A stretch of 64,000 nucleotides of DNA from Gemmatimonadota bacterium (GTDB lineage Bacteria; Gemmatimonadota; Gemmatimonadetes; Gemmatimonadales; GWC2-71-9). Positions 56,029 to 63,948 of the stretch are shown here, piece after piece. Below the pieces are notes generated by a model. That model did no database searches, had not been told where the DNA came from, and was given only the letters and a program-made list of their open reading frames with translations. How positions within the stretch are numbered: the stretch's first letter is position 1; every line of letters starts with the position of its first letter. A program made the position numbers and the translations under genes. The DNA is taken from positions 9,662-73,661 of the forward strand of contig QHUT01000060.1 of NCBI GenBank assembly GCA_003222055.1, given 5' to 3'.

Positions 56029-56571
56029 ATGGATGACCACGCAGGAGCGGGTCCCGCGATGCGCTCGCCCGAGCGCTGGCTCGCCGTGCTGCGCATCGGA
56101 GTCGGCGTGTGGTTCGCCAAGGCGATCTTCACCAAGCTCAGTATCACGCTGGCCTGGGGCTTCCTGCCCGTCCCTACGGCTTCGGACCGATGGGTCCACC
56201 TGATGCCGACGCTCGTCGGCAAGTACGCCGAGGGCAACCCGGTGGGGTTCTTTCGGGAGTTCCTCCAGCACACCGTGGTGATTCATGGTCCGCTGTTCGC
56301 CCAGCTCACGGCGTTCGGGGAGGCCGTCGTGGGTCTGGGCCTGGTGCTCGGTTGCCTCACGACCCTCGCGGCGGGGGTCGGTCTGTTCCTAGTGCTGAAC
56401 TACGGTCTTGCGGTGCAGTGGCAGGGTTCGGCGCAGCAGGGGTTCCATTACATGTTGATCAGCACCCTCGTGGTGATTCTCGCGACCCGGGCGGGGCGGG
56501 TGTGGGGCGTGGACGGGTGGGTGCGTGCCCACCGGCCGGGGTCGTGGCTCGCGCGCCTGCCCTTCGGTTAG
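56029..56571 (+). CDS. DoxX family membrane protein
   Basis: Start is at the internal ATG (MDDHAGAGPAMRSPERWLAVLRIGVGVWFAKA...). It has 4 TM helices in the DoxX pattern. Confidence 0.7.
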   Translation: MDDHAGAGPAMRSPERWLAVLRIGVGVWFAKAIFTKLSITLAWGFLPVPTASDRWVHLMPTLVGKYAEGNPVGFFREFLQHTVVIHGPLFAQLTAFGEAVVGLGLVLGCLTTLAAGVGLFLVLNYGLAVQWQGSAQQGFHYMLISTLVVILATRAGRVWGVDGWVRAHRPGSWLARLPFG

Positions 56572-57542
56572 GGGAGGTACAGCAGGTCGTTCGGCCGCTC
56601 CCCCACGGGGATGGCGGTGAGGACCTTCCGCGTCGCCGTATCGATCACCGACACGGTGTTGGAGCGGCCGTCCGCGGTGTAGAGGCGGTTCCCGTCCGCT
56701 GCGAGCGCGATCCCCCACGGCCGGCGCCCGACGGCGATCGAGTCGACCACCCGGTGCGTGGCCATGTCCACCACGCTCACGGTCCCGGCCGCGCCTTCCG
56801 TAAGGTAGGCCCAGCGCTCGTCGGCGGTGAACGCGATGCGCACCGGCTTGGTCTTGCCGTCGCGGATCGGGAACTGCTCAAGCACGCTGTCGCTCGCGAC
56901 GTCGATGATCGTCACGTTGCCGCCCGCCTCCGCGGACACCCACGCGCGTCGCCCGCCCGGCGTGAACGCGATGGTGCGGGGGTTCTCGCCCACGTGAATC
57001 GTGCGCAACAGCCGGCCCGTCTTGGCGTCGAGCACCGACACACTGTTACTGGTCTCCGCGGTCACGTACACCTTCTTGCCGTCGGGCGTCACCGCGATTC
57101 CCTCGGGCTCGACACCGACGGCGGTCGAGAACACGATCTTGCCGGTCGCCACGTCGATCGCGCTGGCGTGGGCGACCTCCTCGTTGGACACGTAGGCGGT
57201 CTTGCCGTCGGGGCTCACGACCACCAGCTCGGGGTCGCGGCCCGCGGGGAGGGTGCGGGTCATCTTGCCGCTCGCGACGTCGATCACGCCGAGTGCGTCG
57301 TCCTGCCCGAGGGCGACGTAGACGGTGCGCCGGTCGGGGCTCGCGGCCAGACCGCGGGGCCGCCTCCCCACGACGATCGTCGCGACCACGCTGTTCGTTT
57401 GGGGCGAGATGACCGCGACGGTGTTGTCGACCTCGTTGCTGACATACAGCGAGGGGCCGGCGGTGCGCGCCGGGAGGGACAGGACGATTGCAACAAGGAA
57501 GGGCAGGGCCGGGATGCGCCTCGGGGATCTCGCGGGACTCAT
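56568..57542 (-). CDS. YVTN-family beta-propeller protein (PQQ-dependent catabolism-associated type)
   Basis: These are the last 324 aa of ORF 56568..58094. A signal peptide is followed by about 7 repeats of the pattern P.G(I/L)A.(S/T)PDG...YV(S/T)N....V(S/T)VID. Confidence 0.85.
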   Translation of the reverse strand: MSPARSPRRIPALPFLVAIVLSLPARTAGPSLYVSNEVDNTVAVISPQTNSVVATIVVGRRPRGLAASPDRRTVYVALGQDDALGVIDVASGKMTRTLPAGRDPELVVVSPDGKTAYVSNEEVAHASAIDVATGKIVFSTAVGVEPEGIAVTPDGKKVYVTAETSNSVSVLDAKTGRLLRTIHVGENPRTIAFTPGGRRAWVSAEAGGNVTIIDVASDSVLEQFPIRDGKTKPVRIAFTADERWAYLTEGAAGTVSVVDMATHRVVDSIAVGRRPWGIALAADGNRLYTADGRSNTVSVIDTATRKVLTAIPVGERPNDLLYLP

Positions 57543-57556
57543 GGGGTCCGTCCGAT

Positions 57557-58312
57557 TCAGTCGTTGAAAATGGCCTGGTCGACGTGCAGCGCCTGGTCGA
57601 GCCCGTGCAGGCGGTCGCGCCCCCGGATGCCTCTCAGGATCGCCCCGGTGAAGTCCGCGCCCGTGACGTCCGCGTCCGTGAGCTCGACGCCGGTGAGGTC
57701 GGCCCACGCGAACAGCACCTTCCGCAGGTTCGCGCCGGTGAGGTCGGCTTCCGTGAAATCGGCCGACGTGGCATCCGTCCGCAACACGCCCATCGACTGC
57801 GTCCCCGGGTCCACGCCGAGGCTCGTATGGACGAGCTTGGCGCGGACGAACTTGGCGCGCGCCATGGGCGAGACGATCTTGGCACGCGACAGATCGGCCC
57901 CGGAGAGGTTGGCGTCGGGCATGATGACGGCGAACAGGCTCGCGTCGCGCAGCACGGCGCGGCGCAGATCGGCGCGATACATCACGACCATGTCGAGCGT
58001 CGCGCCCGTGAAGTCCGCGTCCGTCGCCACCGCGTCGGTCAACGTCGTGGCGAAGAGTTGCGCCTTGGTGAAGTTCGTCCCCACGAGGCGGCATCGTGTG
58101 AGGTTGGCGCGCTTGAAGTCGACGCCCGTGAGATCGAGCCCCGAGAGATCCTGGCCGGTGAAGTCGGCGGGCGTCTGCGCGCTGGCGCCGGCGAGGGCGG
58201 CGAGCACCTGCTCGCGCGTGAGACGCTGCTGCGCGGAGAGGGGCGCCGCGATGACGCTCGTGGCCAGCAGCGCGACGGCGACACGCCCGATGACGCCCGC
58301 GCCGGCGGTCAC
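57557..58312 (-). CDS. Secreted pentapeptide-repeat protein
   Basis: The GTG at 58312 forms a GTGA overlap with the cytochrome gene stop. The signal peptide ends AAPLSAQQ. Long runs of A(D/N)LxX pentapeptides follow (ADFTGQDLSGLDLTGVDFKRANLTRCRLVGTNF...). Confidence 0.8.
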   Translation of the reverse strand: MTAGAGVIGRVAVALLATSVIAAPLSAQQRLTREQVLAALAGASAQTPADFTGQDLSGLDLTGVDFKRANLTRCRLVGTNFTKAQLFATTLTDAVATDADFTGATLDMVVMYRADLRRAVLRDASLFAVIMPDANLSGADLSRAKIVSPMARAKFVRAKLVHTSLGVDPGTQSMGVLRTDATSADFTEADLTGANLRKVLFAWADLTGVELTDADVTGADFTGAILRGIRGRDRLHGLDQALHVDQAIFND

Positions 58313-58782
58313 TGACGCTTGGTTTGCAGGTCCGAGGCCCGGTGCGGACGGCCCGGTTTGAGCCAGCCGTCGCTCCGCGCCTTCACGTACAGGTACAGCT
58401 CGGCAATCGCCGACGTGTCGAGCAGCACGTTCCAGGCGGGCATGCCCTTGGCCAGACGCCCGTTCAAGGCCGTGTTGACGAAGCTGTCGCGCGGGAAGTT
58501 GGCGCCGCTGGGACTCAGGGCCCAGCGCAGGTCGGGCGCGGCCGGATTGATCCCACCGATGGCGTCCTCGCCGTGGCAGCGATAACAATACACGTGCCAC
58601 CACTTCCACCCCTGGTAGACCGATTCGGATACGAGCAGGCTGTCACGCAGCGTGTCCCTGTCCCCGATCGCCGCCGCCGCGGCGACGCTGCCCGGCAAGA
58701 CGTGCGGGGCCCACAGGACCGACCCGGCGATGGCGAGCCACAACCCGACGACACCACCCCGCACGACATGCTTGTGTCTCAC
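58309..58782 (-). CDS. xoxG: c-type cytochrome, methanol-metabolism-related (XoxG-like)
   Basis: The GTG at 58782 is preceded by GGGAGAG. An N-terminal TM/signal segment precedes a single heme motif CYRCH in the context YQGWKWWHVYCYRCHGEDAIGG. It sits directly after xoxJ. Confidence 0.7.
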   Translation of the reverse strand: MRHKHVVRGGVVGLWLAIAGSVLWAPHVLPGSVAAAAAIGDRDTLRDSLLVSESVYQGWKWWHVYCYRCHGEDAIGGINPAAPDLRWALSPSGANFPRDSFVNTALNGRLAKGMPAWNVLLDTSAIAELYLYVKARSDGWLKPGRPHRASDLQTKRQ

Positions 58783-58832
58783 GCCTGGTCTCTCCCGGTC
58801 AGCGGTGGACGTGCCGTTCGGCTCGAGCGCCG

Positions 58833-59660
58833 CTACGGGTGCATCTCGATCATCGGCACGTTGAATTCCTGCAACACGCCGACGATCTCGGCGTGGCGGC
58901 GGTCGATCACGGAGTCGAGTGTAGCCTTGAGCTCCTTGTCGCGGTGCCGCACGCCCATGGCCATGCTCCACGCGAACGGCATGCCCGACACGGGGTCGGA
59001 GTCCGGCAGCGCCACCATGGTGAGCGGGACGGCCGCTCGCTTGACCCAGTACCCGACCTTCGGCCCCCACGCGATCGCGACGTCGATCGAGTCCTTCACG
59101 ACGGCGTCGACGATGTCCTGCGGGTGGTCCGCCTTCGGATCGGGGTTGAGGAAGTTGCCGAAGCCGACCAACCCGACGATGCCCCGGGGGCCGAGCGCGT
59201 GGGCCGGCGGGGTGTTGGTGTAATCGTAGCCGATCAGGTTGACGCCGATTTTGAGGTGCTTCAGGACCGTGTCGTCGAGCGACTTGATCGCCAGGCCCCG
59301 ATCGGCGCGGTACACGAAATAGTAGGTCGAGCGGTAGTAGGGCTTGGTCGTGGCCACCGGGTCGAACCCCACCGGTGCCTCGATCATGACGTCACAGAAC
59401 CCCGCGAGGATGGTGCTGCGCAGAAACCCCCGCCGCTGGGGCCACCAGAAGTTGACGACGCCGGCGTTGAGATCGCGCGCGACCACGTGCGCGATCTTGT
59501 TCTCGAACCCCTCTTCCTTGTCGTTCGAGAAGGGCATGTCGTACGGGTCGACGCACACCCGCAGCTCGGTAGGCGCGCGTCGTGCCGCGCCCGCCATGAG
59601 GACGACCGCAGCGGCGGCGCCGAGCCACGCCGCGGCACGCGTGAGCCGAGTGCGATGCAT
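58833..59660 (-). CDS. xoxJ: MoxJ/XoxJ-like periplasmic binding protein associated with quinoprotein dehydrogenases
   Basis: 275 aa with a signal peptide and LRVCVDPYDMPFSN, as in MxaJ/XoxJ (family 3 SBP fold). Confidence 0.85.
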   Translation of the reverse strand: MHRTRLTRAAAWLGAAAAVVLMAGAARRAPTELRVCVDPYDMPFSNDKEEGFENKIAHVVARDLNAGVVNFWWPQRRGFLRSTILAGFCDVMIEAPVGFDPVATTKPYYRSTYYFVYRADRGLAIKSLDDTVLKHLKIGVNLIGYDYTNTPPAHALGPRGIVGLVGFGNFLNPDPKADHPQDIVDAVVKDSIDVAIAWGPKVGYWVKRAAVPLTMVALPDSDPVSGMPFAWSMAMGVRHRDKELKATLDSVIDRRHAEIVGVLQEFNVPMIEMHP

Positions 59661-59707
59661 AGTGCTCCCTGCAGATGCGAAGAGGTGATCCGGTGCAACA
59701 CGTACTA

Positions 59708-59745
59708 CACCCGGCGCCGAAGCGCGTTCGCCGCGGCGCCGGGTG
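59708..59745 (-). promoter_or_regulatory. Strong GC hairpin in the xoxF-xoxJ intercistronic spacer
   Basis: CACCCGGCGCCG-N14-CGGCGCCGGGTG forms a 12-bp perfect stem. No U-tract follows. Confidence 0.45.
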
Positions 59746-59783
59746 CACCTGCCTCCTGCGAGTGATCCTACGCCGTCACGACC

Positions 59784-61562
59784 TCACGGCAGGGCGAACA
59801 CCATCAGGGTGCCGCCCGCGTTGCTGATGTTCGTGTAGTCGCCGAAAGCGCCAATCGCGCCGAGCGCGGCGGTCGGATCCTCCGGGCTGATCCCCAGAGC
59901 GACGCCCGCTCCCGCCCAGCCGCCCACGCCGGAGAGCACGGCGACGTACTGCTTGCCGTCGGGCCCCAGGTACGTCATCGGGTTCCCGATGATGCCGGAG
60001 GGCGTCTTGAACTTCCACAGCTCGGTGCCGGTCGTGGCATCGACTGCCTTGAGCCAGCCTTCCATCGTGCCGTAGAACACGATACCGCCGGCCGTCGCCA
60101 GCGCGCCGCCGTAGGCCGCGAGGTTCTCCTTGATTTCCCACTTCTTGGCCCCCGTGGTCGGGTCCCACGCGACGAACGCGCCCCGGATCTGATCGGGCCC
60201 GGGGTACATCCGCACGATGGCGCCCACGTACCACTGGCCGGCGGAGTACTTCACATCCACGCCCTCATAGTCCATGCAGATGTTGTTCGTGGGGACGTAG
60301 AAGAGCTTCGTCGTCGGTGAATACGCGGAGGGTTGCTGATCCTTGAAGCCGATCGCGGCGGGACAGATGCCCTCGGTGTTCTTCTTCGAGGTGGTCCCGT
60401 ACTGCGGATTGCGGACCGGGACACCCGTCGTGAGATCGATCTTCGACGCCCAGTTCGGTGCGGCGTGCGCGTACGGCTGCGCCACGAGGACCTTGCCGTT
60501 CGTCCGGTCGAGCACGTACCCGAAACCGTTACGGTCGAAGTGCGCCAGCGCCTTGACCGGCTTCCCGCCGATCGTGGCGTCGAACAGCACCATTTCGTTG
60601 ACGCCGTCGTAGTCCCACTCGTCATGCGGCGTCATCTGGTACGCCCACTTCGCCTCCCCGTTGTCGGGGTTGCGGGCGAAGATCGTCATGGACCACTTGT
60701 TGTCGCCCGGGCGCTGATCGGGATTCCACGACCCCGGGTTGCCCGAGCCGTAGTAGAACAGGTTCAGCTGCGGGTCGTAGGAGTACCAGCCCCACGTCGT
60801 GCCGCCGCCGCGCTGCCACTCGTCCCCTTGCCACGTCGACACGCCCAGGTCCTTGCCGCGGTGCGACGGGTAGTTGGGGTTCGCGTCACCGACGATCTTC
60901 ACGTCGGCGTCGGGGCCCGTCGAATAGGCCCGCCACACTTCCTTGCCGGTGTTGACGTCGTACGCCGTCACCCGCCCCCGCACGCCGAACTCGCCGCCCG
61001 AGATGCCCGCGATCACGATGTCCTTGATCACGATGGGGGCGTTCGTCATGGTCGAGCCGGTCTTGTAGTCGGCGTTCGGCACCCGCCACACCTGCTTCCC
61101 GCTCTTCGCGTCGAGCGCGAGCAGGTCGCCCTGCAGCAACTCGATGAACAGCCGGTTGGTGCCCGCATGGTAGGCGAGGCCGCGGTTCACGAGGTCGCAG
61201 CAGGCGATCGCCTTGGCCTCGGGCGGCTGGGCGGGCTGGTGCCGCCAGATCATGGGCGCGCCCGGCTTCGTCAGATCGAGCGCGAACACGACGTTCGGAA
61301 ACGCGCTGTGCACGTACATCACGGTGCCAATCACCAGCGGGTTGCCCTCATGGCCGCTGAGCACACCCGTGGAGAACGACCACGCGGCCTTGAGGTTCTT
61401 CACGTTCGCCCGACTGATTTGGGTGAGCGGGCTGTAACGCTGCAGGTCGTACGTCCGACCCGCCATCGTCCACTCGCCCGCACCCTGGGCGACGGCAGAC
61501 GCCGTGGCGAGCACCATCAGACTCGCCGCGAATCCGCCGGAACACAGTTTGATGCGGTTCAT
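59784..61562 (-). CDS. xoxF: PQQ-dependent methanol dehydrogenase, XoxF (lanthanide) type
   Basis: The ATG at 61562 is preceded by TGAGG. A signal peptide is present. The vicinal disulfide is AIACCD. The WDYDGVN motif carries the extra Asp that distinguishes XoxF/lanthanide enzymes from MxaF (WDYAG). Eight-bladed PQQ propeller sequence runs throughout. No mxaI-like small subunit gene is nearby. Confidence 0.92.
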   Translation of the reverse strand: MNRIKLCSGGFAASLMVLATASAVAQGAGEWTMAGRTYDLQRYSPLTQISRANVKNLKAAWSFSTGVLSGHEGNPLVIGTVMYVHSAFPNVVFALDLTKPGAPMIWRHQPAQPPEAKAIACCDLVNRGLAYHAGTNRLFIELLQGDLLALDAKSGKQVWRVPNADYKTGSTMTNAPIVIKDIVIAGISGGEFGVRGRVTAYDVNTGKEVWRAYSTGPDADVKIVGDANPNYPSHRGKDLGVSTWQGDEWQRGGGTTWGWYSYDPQLNLFYYGSGNPGSWNPDQRPGDNKWSMTIFARNPDNGEAKWAYQMTPHDEWDYDGVNEMVLFDATIGGKPVKALAHFDRNGFGYVLDRTNGKVLVAQPYAHAAPNWASKIDLTTGVPVRNPQYGTTSKKNTEGICPAAIGFKDQQPSAYSPTTKLFYVPTNNICMDYEGVDVKYSAGQWYVGAIVRMYPGPDQIRGAFVAWDPTTGAKKWEIKENLAAYGGALATAGGIVFYGTMEGWLKAVDATTGTELWKFKTPSGIIGNPMTYLGPDGKQYVAVLSGVGGWAGAGVALGISPEDPTAALGAIGAFGDYTNISNAGGTLMVFALP

Positions 61563-61721
61563 AGCTGACCTCATGTTGAGGATGAGGATGAGGAAGAAAC
61601 CATCTACGCCACAGATGCCCGTCGGTCGCCCAACGCTCCGCACGGAGCGGGGGGCCACGTTCCCAACGAGCCACAGCCATCGTCCAACTCCTCCGCACTG
61701 AGCTTGCTGTCAGGGATAGTG

Positions 61722-61750
61722 GTTATATCCCGCGGTCCAGCGACTGTCAA
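61722..61750 (-). promoter_or_regulatory. Near-consensus sigma70-type promoter upstream of xoxF
   Basis: On the minus strand, TTGACA-17 nt-TATAAC begins 23 nt after the mptG stop. It predicts a leader of about 150 nt. Confidence 0.5.
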
Positions 61751-61772
61751 TCAGCCCGGCAAGACCCGCCTT

Positions 61773-62747
61773 TCAGCCTGAAACGGACGGCTCGCCCCGC
61801 CACACGCGGGCGCCGCCCGGACTGAATCCCCCTTCATACACGGCCCCACCCGGCCCGAGCGCGCCCTGTACGCGCCCCGCCAGCGCCCGCGACGCGGCCG
61901 CATCACCCACGATCCCGTACACGGCTGGCCCCCACGAGCTCTGCCCCACCCCCACTGCCCCCCACGCCCGCAGCCGCTCCACCAGCTCCCGCGTCTCGCC
62001 GGGCGCGAACACGCCCCCCTGGGCCGGCGCGAACCAGCCGCCCGTGATACGCTGCACCTCCCCGAGGGCGGTCCCGAACCCCATCAGGTCCGCTTCGGCG
62101 AGCGCCGGGAGGAGTTGCATCAGCACGAGATGGGCGACGCGCTCCACCTCGTGCGCGTCCGGGGGAGGTAGTCGCGCGAACGCCGCCGCCTCCTGGTCGC
62201 CGGCGAGCCCGGGCTTGCCCCGAGGCACCGCCACGACACAGCGCCAGGGCGCCGGGAACGGCAGCCGCGCGAGCAGCGGGGCGACGCGGTCGGCGTGATC
62301 CACCCGCCCGCCCTCGAGCACGAACCCGCCGTGGGCGAACGTCCAGGTGCCCACGCCCGAGCGCAAGCCGCGATCGACCGCCCGGGCCAGCGCGGTGACC
62401 TCCGTCGGCAGGCCGGCCAGCTCGGCGGCGGCGCGCGCCACCGCGAGCGCGAGCTGCGTGCCCGAGCCGAGGCCCGCGTGCGACGGGATGGCGCGATGGA
62501 CACGAAAGCTGACCGGCAGCTCGACGCCGTGGTGCTCCGCGAACCGGCGGGCGAACGCGAGCACCCGCGCCGCGTCGGGCCCCTGCGCCGCGAGGCCCGA
62601 GGCCGGGCGGGCTTCGAGGAGGAGCGACGGCGCCGGGACCGCGGCCCCGATGCCGCCGAAGCGGCGACCGAGGTCGCCCCGCAGGTCGAGCACGCCGAAA
62701 TGGAGCCGCGCGGGCGCCTCGACGAGCAGGGCCGGCTCGCCCGTCAT
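61773..62747 (-). CDS. mptG: Beta-ribofuranosylaminobenzene 5'-phosphate synthase (GHMP kinase fold; tetrahydromethanopterin biosynthesis)
   Basis: These are the last 324 aa of ORF 61773..63242, starting MTGEPALLVEAPARLHFGVLDL. The GHMP motif is IPSHAGLGSGTQLALA. It has an ATGA overlap with the upstream gene. Confidence 0.78.
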   Translation of the reverse strand: MTGEPALLVEAPARLHFGVLDLRGDLGRRFGGIGAAVPAPSLLLEARPASGLAAQGPDAARVLAFARRFAEHHGVELPVSFRVHRAIPSHAGLGSGTQLALAVARAAAELAGLPTEVTALARAVDRGLRSGVGTWTFAHGGFVLEGGRVDHADRVAPLLARLPFPAPWRCVVAVPRGKPGLAGDQEAAAFARLPPPDAHEVERVAHLVLMQLLPALAEADLMGFGTALGEVQRITGGWFAPAQGGVFAPGETRELVERLRAWGAVGVGQSSWGPAVYGIVGDAAASRALAGRVQGALGPGGAVYEGGFSPGGARVWRGEPSVSG

Positions 62748-63313
62748 CGCGCCGCGGACTGCTCGGGGCGGGTCCGGCGCACGTAGTCGGTGAGCAGCGC
62801 CATCGCGTCCCGCTCCCGCGGGCCGGCGGTCTTGTCGACGATCACCTGCAGCCGCGCGAATTCGTCGCGGATCTGCTCGGGCGGGAGGAGATGGGTGCGG
62901 GTGGCGAGAATCGCGGCTTCGAGCACGGCGTGCCGGGCACGGTTGAAGCCCAGGAATTCGCGCTGGAACCCGCGGTGCACCACCCGGGTCACGACCCGCG
63001 CGCGCGGTGGCGTCGCGTCCACCGCCTCCACTCGGACTTCGCGCCAGGAGCAGGCCGCCTCGAGCACGACCCCGCGCACCACGGCGGCAGCCCGGGCGGG
63101 GAGCTGGACATCGGAGATCGCGCCCCGCGCGAACAGCATGACATCGTCCGTGAGGTTCACAACCGCGGCGCGCGTCGCCTCGAGGTTCTTGAACGTGGTG
63201 GTTTCGAGGAACGGCTTGATGACGATCTCGTCCTCCTCCCACTCGACGCCCATCGGGGCGAAGTTCGCCGCCCCGCGCTCGTTCACGGTGGTAAGAATGG
63301 ATTCGATGATCAC
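62744..63313 (-). CDS. DUF447 family protein (FMN-binding split-barrel-like; found in methanopterin gene islands)
   Basis: The GTG at 63313 forms a GTGA overlap with the pabA stop. The sequence is VIIESILTTVNERGAANFAPMGV... Confidence 0.7.
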   Translation of the reverse strand: MIIESILTTVNERGAANFAPMGVEWEEDEIVIKPFLETTTFKNLEATRAAVVNLTDDVMLFARGAISDVQLPARAAAVVRGVVLEAACSWREVRVEAVDATPPRARVVTRVVHRGFQREFLGFNRARHAVLEAAILATRTHLLPPEQIRDEFARLQVIVDKTAGPRERDAMALLTDYVRRTRPEQSAAR

Positions 63314-63948
63314 CGCACCAGCGCCATCGGGGCCGCCGAGCGCGCGCCGTCGGCGCGGTCGGGGAGCGCGTCGCGGCAGGAGGTGGCCCCGTGCAGGAAA
63401 CGATCCAGCAGCACGTAGCCGTGCTCCGTGAGCACGGACTCGGGGTGGAATTGCACGCCGATTACCGGGTGGCGCACGTGCTCGACGGCCATGACCTCCC
63501 CGTCGTCCGCGGTCGCGGTGATGCGGAGCGCGGCGGGCAGGCCGGTCCGCGCGATCACGAGGGAGTGGTAGCGCGCCGCCGCGAACGGATTGGGAAGACC
63601 CGCGAACAGGCCACGCCCGTCGTGGTGGATCCGGGCCGCCTTGCCGTGGACGGGTCGTCCGGCGCGCACGATGCCGGCGCCGTAGGCCGCGCCGATGCAC
63701 TGGTGGCCGAGGCACACGCCCAAGATCGGGATCGTGGGCCCGAACCGCCGCACGACGTCCGTCGAAATCCCCGCCTCGCCTGGAGAACAGGGCCCCGGGG
63801 AGAGGATGATATGCGAAGGCCCGAGTCGCTCGATCTCCTCGTGCGACGTGGCGTCGTGGCGCCGTACAACGGTCTCTTCTCCCAGCTCGCGCACGTAACG
63901 GGCCAGGTTGAACACGAAGGAATCGTAATTGTCGATCAACAGGATCAT
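63310..63948 (-). CDS. pabA: Glutamine amidotransferase component II of aminodeoxychorismate/anthranilate synthase
   Basis: MILLIDNYDSFVFNLARYV, the catalytic Cys in GVCLGHQ, and FHPES are all present. Confidence 0.88.
   Translation of the reverse strand: MILLIDNYDSFVFNLARYVRELGEETVVRRHDATSHEEIERLGPSHIILSPGPCSPGEAGISTDVVRRFGPTIPILGVCLGHQCIGAAYGAGIVRAGRPVHGKAARIHHDGRGLFAGLPNPFAAARYHSLVIARTGLPAALRITATADDGEVMAVEHVRHPVIGVQFHPESVLTEHGYVLLDRFLHGATSCRDALPDRADGARSAAPMALVR

Noticed and set aside
59784-61562. Whether the dehydrogenase is a Ca-dependent MxaF.
   Set aside because: The motif reads WDYDG, not WDYAG. No mxaI small-subunit gene or mxaACKL genes are adjacent. The XoxJ/cytochrome arrangement fits xox clusters.
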